The position numbers and the translations under genes were made by a program. From assembly GCA_965200315.1 (NCBI GenBank), contig OZ241362.1, positions 480,001 through 544,000 on the forward strand: a stretch of 64,000 bases of DNA. The letters run 5' to 3'. Below are positions 22,105-31,340 of this stretch, in pieces. The stretch's first letter is position 1, and every line of letters begins with the position of its first letter. The notes under the pieces are model-generated. The model ran no database searches and was not told the DNA's origin. It was given only the letters and a program-made list of their open reading frames with translations. The stretch is from Candidatus Latescibacterota bacterium (GTDB taxonomy: Bacteria > Latescibacterota > UBA2968 > UBA8231).

Positions 22105-24393
22105 TCAGTAGGCCAACGCGACGATTTTGCTCGTTTCCTGCGTCTGTGCGTCGCCTTGCACTTTAACTCGCAAAATGTAGTTACCCGGCGCGGCTAGCTG
22201 CCCGGATTCGTCTTGGCCATCCCAATTCAATGCTATCGGCCCGGCTGTTTGCTGCTGGTCGTGCAGCACCCGAACTTCCCGTCCGCTCAAGTCGTAGAGT
22301 GCCACGTGCAGCCAGCGGGGCTGGAGGACGTTTAACAGGGCAAACTCTATCCGCAGCCTATCGCCGATGCCATCGCCGTTGGGAGTTACGAGCGCGGCCG
22401 ACAACGTCAGCCCGTCAATTAACGCGGGGCCGACCGGCAGTGACACGGCAATCGCTTCGCTGGCAACCACGTCGCTGGCATCGCCCACATCCACCCGTTG
22501 CCTTACCTGTCGCTCTCCCCGCCCACTGGCCAAGAACGCCTCAAAGGGCATCTGTTGGCGGTATATGGTGCTGGCGAAGTCGAGTTCAATCAACCCAGCC
22601 CGCACGAACGGATCGGCAAAGGCAATGTCCAAGCCGCCATCTACGCGGGTTATCTCCACGTCCAACACCTGCCCCCCAAAGCGGAGCTCGCCAAGCTCAA
22701 TGTCTGCTCCTGAACGCATGAGCAACTGATCGAAACCCGTGCTGCCAGCACCGACATCCCAACCAAGATAATAGGTAAACTCGGTGCGCTGCCCTGGTTG
22801 GGCTTGGACTGGGTAGATCTCCGCTCGCGTTGCTGCGGCCAAAGGCTCGGCGTAGCTCAGGACTAGCTCGTCGAGGACCGCCCTCTGCATTGGGTCGGCG
22901 CTGAGCAAAGAGGCCTGCAATTGGACGAAACGCCTTGGCGTCGGCGAGAGAAAACCCCGATCCGACCGCTCGTACGCCTGACTCCAGATACTCCAGTCGT
23001 CGCCGGGCGAACGGACGGTATCAATTCGGCCTTTGAAACTGGGAATTAGCTTGTTGTATTTCCTTTCGGTTACTTCCTTGCCGTTTTTGTCGTGGAATAC
23101 GTAGGACTCCTGCAACAGATTGCCCGTCCGCGAGCGAATTTCTACGCGAGTCCTCTCAGGGGCCTCGACCTGCCAACTCAACCCTGTGGCGTTGCGCACG
23201 GCCCCCAAATCGTAGAGCGGGGATTGCAAGATAGCACTAGCGGGATAGCCCTCGCCAAAGACCTGAAATTCGGCCGTCGTGCCGGTGATGCAGCACTGCC
23301 TGTTCGGATAGCGCATCCGCAGATAGCGCAGTGGCCGGAGCGAGAACTGCTCTTCAAAGTGGACGATATCGCGCAAATTGCGGGGGTGTTCTGGCAATTC
23401 TCCTAAGACTTGCCAGCGCAGCGATCCGTCCGGTGCCAGCGATCCGTCCGATCCCCAGAGGATGTACCAAGGGAAGTGGATGGCGTTGCGCCGGGTCCAG
23501 CGCCAGTCAACGCTGCTGGGCGCGATGCCGGCCAAGTCGCCCAAAATCCGCACCCGATCCACCCAGTACAGAGCACCCAAGTCAAAGGTGAATTCGGTGT
23601 CCCCCGGTTGGGAAAACCCCCAGTAGCGCCAGCTCGACACTATATCGCCGTCGATCAGCGCGTTGCTATTGCCCGTTGACTCGTAGCCTTCGGCCCGCGT
23701 ACCGATTTCGTTGAGGATATCGACCTGCCCACCGCGTTCCCGCAGCCCCAGCGAGATATTGTCCCCCACGGCCTCCACCCCAATCGAGCTAATCCCCGCT
23801 CCCTCAGTGGGCAAATCCACTTCAATGCGAATGAATTGCAGCGGCTTAAGGCCGTATTCGATGATCAACTCCCGCTGCTGATTAAAGCTGTAGCGGACGC
23901 GATCGCTGTAGCGCACAATGCTCGGCAGGGGCAGTCCGGTCGAATCAAAAAAGCGCTCGCCATTGGACAGCAAAACCTGAAAGAACTCCAGCGGTGGTCC
24001 ATCGCCCCTGAGCCGCAAGACTACGCGCCGCGCAGAAACCACGCGCCCCAGATCGACCTCGACGTACCTATTCTCGGGATCGTCGTCCCAATCGGGAGCC
24101 CAGAAGCTTTCCAAGCTCCCGTCGATTAGGTTGCCAGCATCGCCGCTGTTGGACCCGGCGGCGCGGATGCCACCACCAAAATCCCCGGCATTGGCGACCG
24201 CGTCGATATTCCGCCGTACAAATCTGGGGGCCGCTTTCCCACGGCTGATTTCGATGGCATTGCCGGGCCGCTGCCACTCCCTCCAATCCGCGCTGGTCCC
24301 GATCCGCAATTCTTCGCCCGCCGCGGGTGAATATACCATGCCACACAGCAGCAAAGCCTGAAGAGAAGAGCCGAATTCGCGGTAATTGTTCAC
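22105..24393 (-). CDS. Secreted protein with discoidin/F5-8-like modules and C-terminal FlgD Ig-like domain
   Basis: Signal-like start at GTG 24393, two NLIDG/ALIDG...W...DLG modules, C-terminal TPNGDGIGD...YDLSGREVR...WDGQDESGQLAAPGNYI. Confidence 0.75.
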   Translation of the reverse strand: MNNYREFGSSLQALLLCGMVYSPAAGEELRIGTSADWREWQRPGNAIEISRGKAAPRFVRRNIDAVANAGDFGGGIRAAGSNSGDAGNLIDGSLESFWAPDWDDDPENRYVEVDLGRVVSARRVVLRLRGDGPPLEFFQVLLSNGERFFDSTGLPLPSIVRYSDRVRYSFNQQRELIIEYGLKPLQFIRIEVDLPTEGAGISSIGVEAVGDNISLGLRERGGQVDILNEIGTRAEGYESTGNSNALIDGDIVSSWRYWGFSQPGDTEFTFDLGALYWVDRVRILGDLAGIAPSSVDWRWTRRNAIHFPWYILWGSDGSLAPDGSLRWQVLGELPEHPRNLRDIVHFEEQFSLRPLRYLRMRYPNRQCCITGTTAEFQVFGEGYPASAILQSPLYDLGAVRNATGLSWQVEAPERTRVEIRSRTGNLLQESYVFHDKNGKEVTERKYNKLIPSFKGRIDTVRSPGDDWSIWSQAYERSDRGFLSPTPRRFVQLQASLLSADPMQRAVLDELVLSYAEPLAAATRAEIYPVQAQPGQRTEFTYYLGWDVGAGSTGFDQLLMRSGADIELGELRFGGQVLDVEITRVDGGLDIAFADPFVRAGLIELDFASTIYRQQMPFEAFLASGRGERQVRQRVDVGDASDVVASEAIAVSLPVGPALIDGLTLSAALVTPNGDGIGDRLRIEFALLNVLQPRWLHVALYDLSGREVRVLHDQQQTAGPIALNWDGQDESGQLAAPGNYILRVKVQGDAQTQETSKIVALAY

Positions 24394-24429
24394 GGTGCTT
24401 TTGTTAGGGACTCTAAGGGTTAGACGGGC

Positions 24430-24469
24430 AAAAAAAGCCCCAACCTGCCGGTAGGCGACAAGCCGGGGC
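24430..24469 (-). terminator. Intrinsic terminator ending the long minus-strand gene run
   Basis: Reverse complement GCCCCGGCTTGTCG-CCTAC-CGGCAGGTTGGGGC-TTTTTTT. Confidence 0.7.
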
Positions 24470-24473
24470 AACG

Positions 24474-24537
24474 ACGAATCCATCGACCGGCGTCAGCGCA
24501 CCGCCGATCAGGTCGTTTTCGCTGGTAAAGTGCAGGC
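24474..24537 (+). repeat. Left copy of 64-bp direct repeat (non-coding remnant of enolase-family gene segment)
   Basis: 60/64 identical to 33269-33332; minus strand translates LHFTSENDLIGGALTPVDGFV. Confidence 0.92.
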
Positions 24538-24538
24538 C

Positions 24539-27500
24539 TCATCCCGCCGAGAGCTCTACGGGCTGCGGCTTGGTCTTGCCTTCACAGAAATACAGAGCCT
24601 TGAATTTGGCCATTTGTTTAATTTTGTCTATCAGTGTCCGCTCACCCTGCGAGCTCGACACATTCCGCACAAGCGACTTGGCATCCGCTTCGGTCAAGCG
24701 CAAGACGAGATAGTTGGCGATGGCCGAAAATACCGAGACGTCGAAGTCCTTCGCTTCCTGCGAGGCAAGCACCAGTGAAATACCGTACTTCCGGCACTCT
24801 TTCGCCATGGTGGGAATGAGCTTTAACCGTGCGGCCCGGTGCGCCTCGTCGAAAATCAAGGCATGGGTGATGCGATCTTGGATGCCTCTGCGGAACATAT
24901 TCTTGTAGAGGCCATAGAATACCAACGACGCAAACGCTCGCTGAAGGTTGTCATTCTGAGTCGCGTGAATCCGAATGACGGTCGGCTGCTCACTCTCCCA
25001 CAGACTACTGTGGGACTCGCGGATATTAAAAAACCCGTAGTCTTCAAGTTCCTCCAAACGTGCAAGCAGCGTCTGCAACCCGCGGTCCGGTCTTGGATCG
25101 CCGCGCAGAATCTCGACAAAGCGACTAAACGTCGGTTCCTCCAAATCCGCGGCCGCCGCGTTGGCGTTTCCCCATCCCACCTCAACGAAGCTTTCCTTGA
25201 CGGCCCCACGAATGCGATCGGCCTGAATGCCGCCGAGTTCCGGGTAAATGGCCGCGAAAATGTCCCGCATCTCACTCGCCACATCGAGATGCGCCCTCCA
25301 ATATCCTCGATTGATCACCTCTAGTGGGTTGAAGCCCAATCCGTCAAAATCAATGAACCGAACCGCCGACTGCCCAAGCCGCTCGTCAATGTCCTGATGA
25401 TAGGAAAAGATGATCGGTTGTATGTCGGCCTCAACCATCTGCTTGCACAGGTTCAAAAGACAGGTAGTCTTACCCATTCCAGGCAGCCCCGCAATCAGAA
25501 GATGGGGATTCCCCTTCGTAGTCAGCCGCCATTGAACATCGGTATTTGCAATAGTATCCGTCCCCAAGCAAACAAACGGCGCGGGGTCAGCAACATCCTC
25601 GGCCTCTCTGCCAGAGCTTCCCTCAATTTCAACAGACGTGCGATCGAGGCCCGGCCCCGATTCTCGCTGAGGCTCCAAGCCATCTTCGGCCCGTTCATCG
25701 TCTCGCTTCGCGCCGGACTGTTTTGAGGATTCCGTGAATGCGCCATGAGGAAGATCTGGATTGGGCAGAAGAGCGGGGCCGAATAAAAATATCCGCGTGT
25801 TCCAACCTTTGGGAGAAATCTCCCAGGGATCTCGACCGCCATACTCCGGGCAGAACACCCAACCGCGGTTCCCCGCCTCGACGCTGTGCAAAGCGTAGTC
25901 CCCACCCTTCTCGATCATGCGGTCTATTGCAGATGAGAGTTCCCTATGCCGCTCTGTTGGCAAACAGTGTCTGTGGGCTTTGTCCGCATAGAAGCGCAGC
26001 ACCTGAGCAAGCTTGGCGCGTCGGACAGCGCTGAAAGAGGAGCAAACATCCTCGTGAGAGTACCAATCGTACCAACGACTATGGAGTGATTCCGTCTGTT
26101 CGCGGATTTTCCGTAGCACTTCTGGTGCTCGCGCCGCCCGCAAATGTCGGCGGTACTTCACCTCAATGAATCGGAAAACCAGCCTCGTACGCGGCATCGT
26201 GGACACATAGATGAGATCCGGACGCGCTCGTGTCTCGTCGTCACCATTCTTCTCTTGCAAGGGTGGCAATAGATCGCGCACGTCGTCAATTGGAACGATG
26301 AAGCCATCCTCGAGCGATACCCAGCAATCGTCGCTTGCCGACGCCGTCTGGCAATTTGCGCGGGAGACTGCAAGCGCGATCAACTCAGCGGTCGGCGGTT
26401 TGCTGCCGGTGAGACGAATGGCAAGCCGCCCGCTGAGTGCCTTGAGACGATTTAAGAGAAATTTCGCGTTTTGCTGACTGCGGCTAAGGCCCATCTGATC
26501 TAGAACACCGCCGAGAAGGATGCGGACTTCCTCCAAATTGCTAGTCGAGGTGATGAGCTGTAAGCAGCCGAGGTCCTCGCGCTCCGGGACGCAGTCAATC
26601 ACATAAGCGTCGTAGATGGCCGGATTATCCCGCGGCGAATCAAAGTACTCGATGCCGGCATTGCGATCTAAGGTAATGACCCAATCGCACAGTCGATGCA
26701 GATACTTCAAGCTGCTCTCCTTTTCAGGCGAAATCTCCGTTGTCAATACAGGCAGTCCGCCCTCGGTACCGATATGTCGAGCGACAGCTTTCTGTAATGC
26801 CTGCTGCAAGCGCCCCAAACGATCGCTATGCCCGCGCTCTGATGGGTGTTTTTCGCTGTCTCTCGCCTGTGGGACCACACTGCGCCATGTGGGCGCAGGC
26901 GTACCAGTATAATCGCGATCGTAGAACGAAAGCAGACCGAACGCCCGAAAGGGCCTAGCTGCCGCTGATTTGTTCTCTGCTGATACGACCTGTGCCTCGA
27001 ACGTATCGAACGCAACGGCAAGGTGGGCCGCAGTTTTCGGGCCTTTGCTCTTACGGGCCCAACGCAACCGCGGCATATTTACGCCGCCGGGCAGACCCAA
27101 GGACTCGAGCATCCACTGATCGTCGGCCGACACCACACCGGCACCACTGCGCCGCCGTTCCCGCGCCTCGGCGATGAACCGCCCGGCAATGCCGCGCTGC
27201 TCCTCAGAAGGATACATTTCCAGCGAGAAGACCGTTTCGTTTCGAGATTCAGCCTCTTCAATATCCTCGCCATCGGCCCGGCGTAGGTGCTTGTGGACAT
27301 AACCTAGTGACCGGGCGATAGTCAGGCCATCGCCTGCCCTAAGAGCGTGAACGTGGAGTAGTCGGGAGGTGTTGTGGCAATCCAAGTACTTGACGATCTC
27401 GGCACCGACCACTTCAGCGCTCTGCCCTCCTACCGTCGGAGCGGCGTCCATGGACTCCCCTTCGCCGAGCGCACGGGCGAGAATCGCCACCGCCGCCTTG

Positions 27501-29539
27501 GGCTCTTTGTCCTTATCGGGGACCATGCCGACTGCATGAAAGCCAAGGGTATCTGCAAATACAAACGAGCCGCCATCTGGATTCGGGAGAAAAGCCGGGA
27601 ACATGGCACCGTCCAAGCACTGGAACTCTTCTCTTACGTCTTTTGCCTTTTGATTCTGCTCAAAAACCGCGTGAAAAACGAGATTGTCATACGCGGCATG
27701 CCACGCGACGCGCAGCGGGTGCATCGGCAGGACGATTAAGCCAATTACTCGCCCGGCAAGAGACTGCACCTTCACCGTGTTGCACAACGCCAAGGATGGA
27801 TCGCCGCTCTCCAACAATGCAGTCCAAGCGCGGATGTACTTTTTGACTGAATCAAACGCTCGTCTCGCCTTATCATCATAGACATGGCCTACCACACCGC
27901 CTTTATTGCAGACATAGGCCGCTAACCTTCGGCTCGCCTCGGTGGCTCTAGACCATTCCGTACCTTTACCTTCATGGTCACAGAACTTTACATCCCCCGC
28001 TCGGACGCCGGACGAACGGACCTTGACGCACCAATGCCCAATGGCTCCGTCTTGCTCCATCCACTGCTTTTCTACCTCTCGTATCAGCGGCGGGCAAGAG
28101 ACGCGAAAGCTCAACCGTTTTGTTCTCGCGGCCGTACGCAGCAATATCGAATTGCTTTTCTCATCAAATCTGAAATTCGCCGGACTGTCGGCAATGCTGG
28201 CTACACTCTCCCGCTCATCGAGCTCAATTAATCCCTCGCTAAACGCCCGGATCTTTCGGCCAGCCCCTCCGGCGGTCTTTTCAGGTGTATCACCAAAACG
28301 AATGAGGAACTCCTCGCTCTCCTGCGCTTCGACCGCGTCATTTCCCACCACGGAAACCACCACTCTGGCGGAGACCAGCGAGTCCTCGTTCAGCATCGAG
28401 AAGTCGTCGTTACTGAACCGGCACTTCTCCTCCTTTTTCTTCGAGTGCCTCACATCGCGCACGGCGAGCTCTTCGTCCGCACCGGCTACTACGGCAACGC
28501 GGTATTCCACAGCACCTTCTTCTATATTGCCGGGTTGAGCCTTCCAACGGACCTCCAGCTTTGAATAGGCCGCCGCCGACGCAGGGTCTAGTTCCAGCAA
28601 TAGAACCGGAGGTTGTATATTCCCGTCTTCTTCGGAGGATGCTCCAGGGGATTCCTCACTCAATCCCGACCATTTGGCGATCTTGCCATTGCGATTGCGC
28701 CAAGATATAAGATCGATGGTTTGAATGTCATGGGTGCTCTCAATCCGCAATGCACCTATCCACAGTTGTTTCTTGTCGGCCAAGGCCGCCAAGGCCGACA
28801 GCAGTGGTTGGGTTTCTTTGGTATGGAGAAAAACTTCGAGATCGCGGCGCTGCTCGGCCGTCGGCTCGGCCAGCCGCAGCGACTCAATGCGCGTCGCAAC
28901 ATTCTGCCTAGAGGCCACCACTCCCAACAGGCGATCTACAAATTGGCGCGAGTCGTCTAAGGCTTCTTCGTCTAACTTTGCAGATTCGGCGACTGGCCAC
29001 AGGCCGAGCAGATGAAGATACGCACCAGGATGCCGTTTGTGCTCTGCAACGCGGCACAAGAAATCGAATGCTGTCCAAGGCGAAACGCTGGACTGACGGC
29101 CGAATCCCGGTGCCTTTTTGATGGCCCGATTGGCATATCGGAGATATTCACTCGACAATCGGCGCGTCACCTCAGCAGCAACTAGTCGTTGAGCTTCTTT
29201 GAATAGGCTTGTCTCATCCACTTCCTGCGAGGCACTGTAGATGCCGTCCATGCCGGCCCCGGCAAGATCGGTATCTACTAGTAGCAAGGTCGCTTGGTCC
29301 TTGGTCTCGCGTACCTCGACAGCGCGGTCTGCGGTAATGGTTTGCCGGTCTGCATCGTCCGAATCCGCCACCCGCTGAACCTGCCAATTTTGTACACAGA
29401 AGTTGTCGTCCTCGGCAAGCCTTCCCACCACCTCCGGCGTCAGACAACGGACGAAGGCCATGGCTCCGCATTCGGCTCGGCCAAGCACCTTCTCAAACGC
29501 CTGCCCGAGTACTTGCCGATGTAGTTTGGTCCACTCCAT
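24539..29539 (-). CDS. DndH/DptH (Mad8)-like 1666-aa protein: PD-(D/E)xK nuclease motif + C-terminal HerA/FtsK ATPase
   Basis: RPDLIYV...FIEVKYR; NPHLLIAGLPGMGKT Walker A, LIFDEAH Walker B, KECRKYG, LASQ; size and position match DndH. Confidence 0.75.
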   Translation of the reverse strand: MEWTKLHRQVLGQAFEKVLGRAECGAMAFVRCLTPEVVGRLAEDDNFCVQNWQVQRVADSDDADRQTITADRAVEVRETKDQATLLLVDTDLAGAGMDGIYSASQEVDETSLFKEAQRLVAAEVTRRLSSEYLRYANRAIKKAPGFGRQSSVSPWTAFDFLCRVAEHKRHPGAYLHLLGLWPVAESAKLDEEALDDSRQFVDRLLGVVASRQNVATRIESLRLAEPTAEQRRDLEVFLHTKETQPLLSALAALADKKQLWIGALRIESTHDIQTIDLISWRNRNGKIAKWSGLSEESPGASSEEDGNIQPPVLLLELDPASAAAYSKLEVRWKAQPGNIEEGAVEYRVAVVAGADEELAVRDVRHSKKKEEKCRFSNDDFSMLNEDSLVSARVVVSVVGNDAVEAQESEEFLIRFGDTPEKTAGGAGRKIRAFSEGLIELDERESVASIADSPANFRFDEKSNSILLRTAARTKRLSFRVSCPPLIREVEKQWMEQDGAIGHWCVKVRSSGVRAGDVKFCDHEGKGTEWSRATEASRRLAAYVCNKGGVVGHVYDDKARRAFDSVKKYIRAWTALLESGDPSLALCNTVKVQSLAGRVIGLIVLPMHPLRVAWHAAYDNLVFHAVFEQNQKAKDVREEFQCLDGAMFPAFLPNPDGGSFVFADTLGFHAVGMVPDKDKEPKAAVAILARALGEGESMDAAPTVGGQSAEVVGAEIVKYLDCHNTSRLLHVHALRAGDGLTIARSLGYVHKHLRRADGEDIEEAESRNETVFSLEMYPSEEQRGIAGRFIAEARERRRSGAGVVSADDQWMLESLGLPGGVNMPRLRWARKSKGPKTAAHLAVAFDTFEAQVVSAENKSAAARPFRAFGLLSFYDRDYTGTPAPTWRSVVPQARDSEKHPSERGHSDRLGRLQQALQKAVARHIGTEGGLPVLTTEISPEKESSLKYLHRLCDWVITLDRNAGIEYFDSPRDNPAIYDAYVIDCVPEREDLGCLQLITSTSNLEEVRILLGGVLDQMGLSRSQQNAKFLLNRLKALSGRLAIRLTGSKPPTAELIALAVSRANCQTASASDDCWVSLEDGFIVPIDDVRDLLPPLQEKNGDDETRARPDLIYVSTMPRTRLVFRFIEVKYRRHLRAARAPEVLRKIREQTESLHSRWYDWYSHEDVCSSFSAVRRAKLAQVLRFYADKAHRHCLPTERHRELSSAIDRMIEKGGDYALHSVEAGNRGWVFCPEYGGRDPWEISPKGWNTRIFLFGPALLPNPDLPHGAFTESSKQSGAKRDDERAEDGLEPQRESGPGLDRTSVEIEGSSGREAEDVADPAPFVCLGTDTIANTDVQWRLTTKGNPHLLIAGLPGMGKTTCLLNLCKQMVEADIQPIIFSYHQDIDERLGQSAVRFIDFDGLGFNPLEVINRGYWRAHLDVASEMRDIFAAIYPELGGIQADRIRGAVKESFVEVGWGNANAAAADLEEPTFSRFVEILRGDPRPDRGLQTLLARLEELEDYGFFNIRESHSSLWESEQPTVIRIHATQNDNLQRAFASLVFYGLYKNMFRRGIQDRITHALIFDEAHRAARLKLIPTMAKECRKYGISLVLASQEAKDFDVSVFSAIANYLVLRLTEADAKSLVRNVSSSQGERTLIDKIKQMAKFKALYFCEGKTKPQPVELSAG

Positions 29540-29540
29540 A

Positions 29541-31340
29541 TCATTTCTCCATCGCCGGCTTGAAGCGAGGCTCCAGCCGCTTCATTGCTTCGGCGTCATT
29601 GACCCCCATCAAAAGCCCCAAGTCGCGTAGCCGTCGCTCTAAGATCGTGCGATTCCTTTGCAGCAATTCGTTGGAGATTGTCATCTCCGGCGGGGGGGTA
29701 TCCACGTGAAATCCATAGCGTTTGCGCAAAATTTCGAGAAACTCCCTGAACGAAAGGGCGCGAATGCCCGGTTTGTTGCCGCTTTTCAGCAAGTGAAGGT
29801 GGACCAGATAATCCAGCACTGAATCGGTGAATACGAGAGAGCGAACATCGCGTCTCTGGCGCGTTGCGCTTCCACCGAGACTGCGCGTCGTCGTCCTCTT
29901 GGCCGCCAGACCGTTTGGACGCCCGGTGAGTAAACTCGAGTCGATCATCCTTATGAAGTTGGTACGAGGCTTCGACCCCATTAACATCATCAAGCCATAG
30001 GCAAGCCGCCAGACCGGGTTCTCTTGGCTGGTATCTTTCAAAATTTTCTCGACTTCGGGGTAGTCGTCCGCTAGTCCATCGGCTAGCTTGTCAGCATCGT
30101 CTTCTATCCTGTCCAAAATTCTTTGTGCTTGCGGATGGCGACCATGCAGTAATTCCCCCAATAGCTTCAGCCAACGCGTGGCATAAGGTCGGGTAGCAAT
30201 ATCCTCCCTTTTAATTCTTTTATTGTCCCGTGCCCGATAGTCCAATAGCCGCAATACCATCAAAAGGACGGGTAAACGCTCCATACGCCGCATATAGTCG
30301 TCCATCGACTCCTCGGCCGCAGCCCGGATGGTTCGCTCAACCCCATTGGAGCAATCCACGAACAAAGGGGCGGGTTTCTGCTCCTTGCGGACTGGGACGA
30401 CCCCTTTCTCCGACCACTTCAATAAAAGCGCAACCGTACTGGTAAGAATGGTCGTCAGCCCTACGGTAATACCGGACTCCAACATCTCCACCAAGGCGTA
30501 TCGCGGCGCGGGCTCTGCATACGAGCGCACAAAGCGGCGGATATCCTCAGAGAAATTTTCCGCCGCCTGCTTGGCGATGGGACGTTGATTGGAGATAGAG
30601 CTTTCCTTACCGCGTATCTTATCCGGTGCCGTCTTGAGTTGCTGGGCGAATCGGATCATCAACAGTTGGTCCAAACCAACGGACTCGTCTTTCTCCTCAA
30701 AACGATCCGATGCCAAGTCACTGGATATCTTTCCACGGCGAGTAACGCCTTGGCTGAAAGCGTTCAACAAAACGTTCTCCTCGTACCTCTTTCCCACCGG
30801 GAACCTCGTTTGCTTATCGTCACTCAACTGGACGAACTCGCTCTTCTTCTGGTCGGCCAGCATGGCCACGATCATTTCGGGAACGTAGCGGAGGTGTCCC
30901 ACAAACTGTGGAAGATCAATCCAACTCGCCATATAATGGGCCGGCGCGACCCGCTGGATTTGCTGATCGCGACCAAGATTGTGCTTGATATTTTCGAGAC
31001 AGAAACAGAGCAGTAAGTCGCCGAGGATGGCTTTTTTGGGTTCCCCGTCAAAACCGTCCAACTCTGCCACACCGGACAGCGTCTCCGCAATGCGCTCAAC
31101 GGTCGCTGACCGTCTTATTTGGCTAGGCGAGCCATCTTTTGCCCCAAACGTCTTTAGAAAATTTCCAGTCCCTCTCCGTTGACCAAAGCGGAACATGTAG
31201 AAAACCGCCGGAAGAATCGAAGACAACTCGAAATCTTGAACTGAGACCGGCAACACTTTGTCGTAGTTAGAGGACCAGATTTCTCGGGTCATGCTAGGGC
31301 CCAGTACATCTTCGACGAGTTTGCGGGCATTATCGGCCAT
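29541..31340 (-). CDS. DndG/DptG (Mad7)-like protein
   Basis: 599 aa between two ATPases; C-terminal F.EIL.KRYG...LERRLRDLGLLMGVNDA resembles the DptG C-terminus. Confidence 0.62.
   Translation of the reverse strand: MADNARKLVEDVLGPSMTREIWSSNYDKVLPVSVQDFELSSILPAVFYMFRFGQRRGTGNFLKTFGAKDGSPSQIRRSATVERIAETLSGVAELDGFDGEPKKAILGDLLLCFCLENIKHNLGRDQQIQRVAPAHYMASWIDLPQFVGHLRYVPEMIVAMLADQKKSEFVQLSDDKQTRFPVGKRYEENVLLNAFSQGVTRRGKISSDLASDRFEEKDESVGLDQLLMIRFAQQLKTAPDKIRGKESSISNQRPIAKQAAENFSEDIRRFVRSYAEPAPRYALVEMLESGITVGLTTILTSTVALLLKWSEKGVVPVRKEQKPAPLFVDCSNGVERTIRAAAEESMDDYMRRMERLPVLLMVLRLLDYRARDNKRIKREDIATRPYATRWLKLLGELLHGRHPQAQRILDRIEDDADKLADGLADDYPEVEKILKDTSQENPVWRLAYGLMMLMGSKPRTNFIRMIDSSLLTGRPNGLAAKRTTTRSLGGSATRQRRDVRSLVFTDSVLDYLVHLHLLKSGNKPGIRALSFREFLEILRKRYGFHVDTPPPEMTISNELLQRNRTILERRLRDLGLLMGVNDAEAMKRLEPRFKPAMEK

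Noticed and set aside
24394-24483. N-terminal extension of the 792-aa ORF
   Set aside because: It runs through the terminator hairpin and the repeat remnant; a signal-peptide-like start fits GTG 24393 better.
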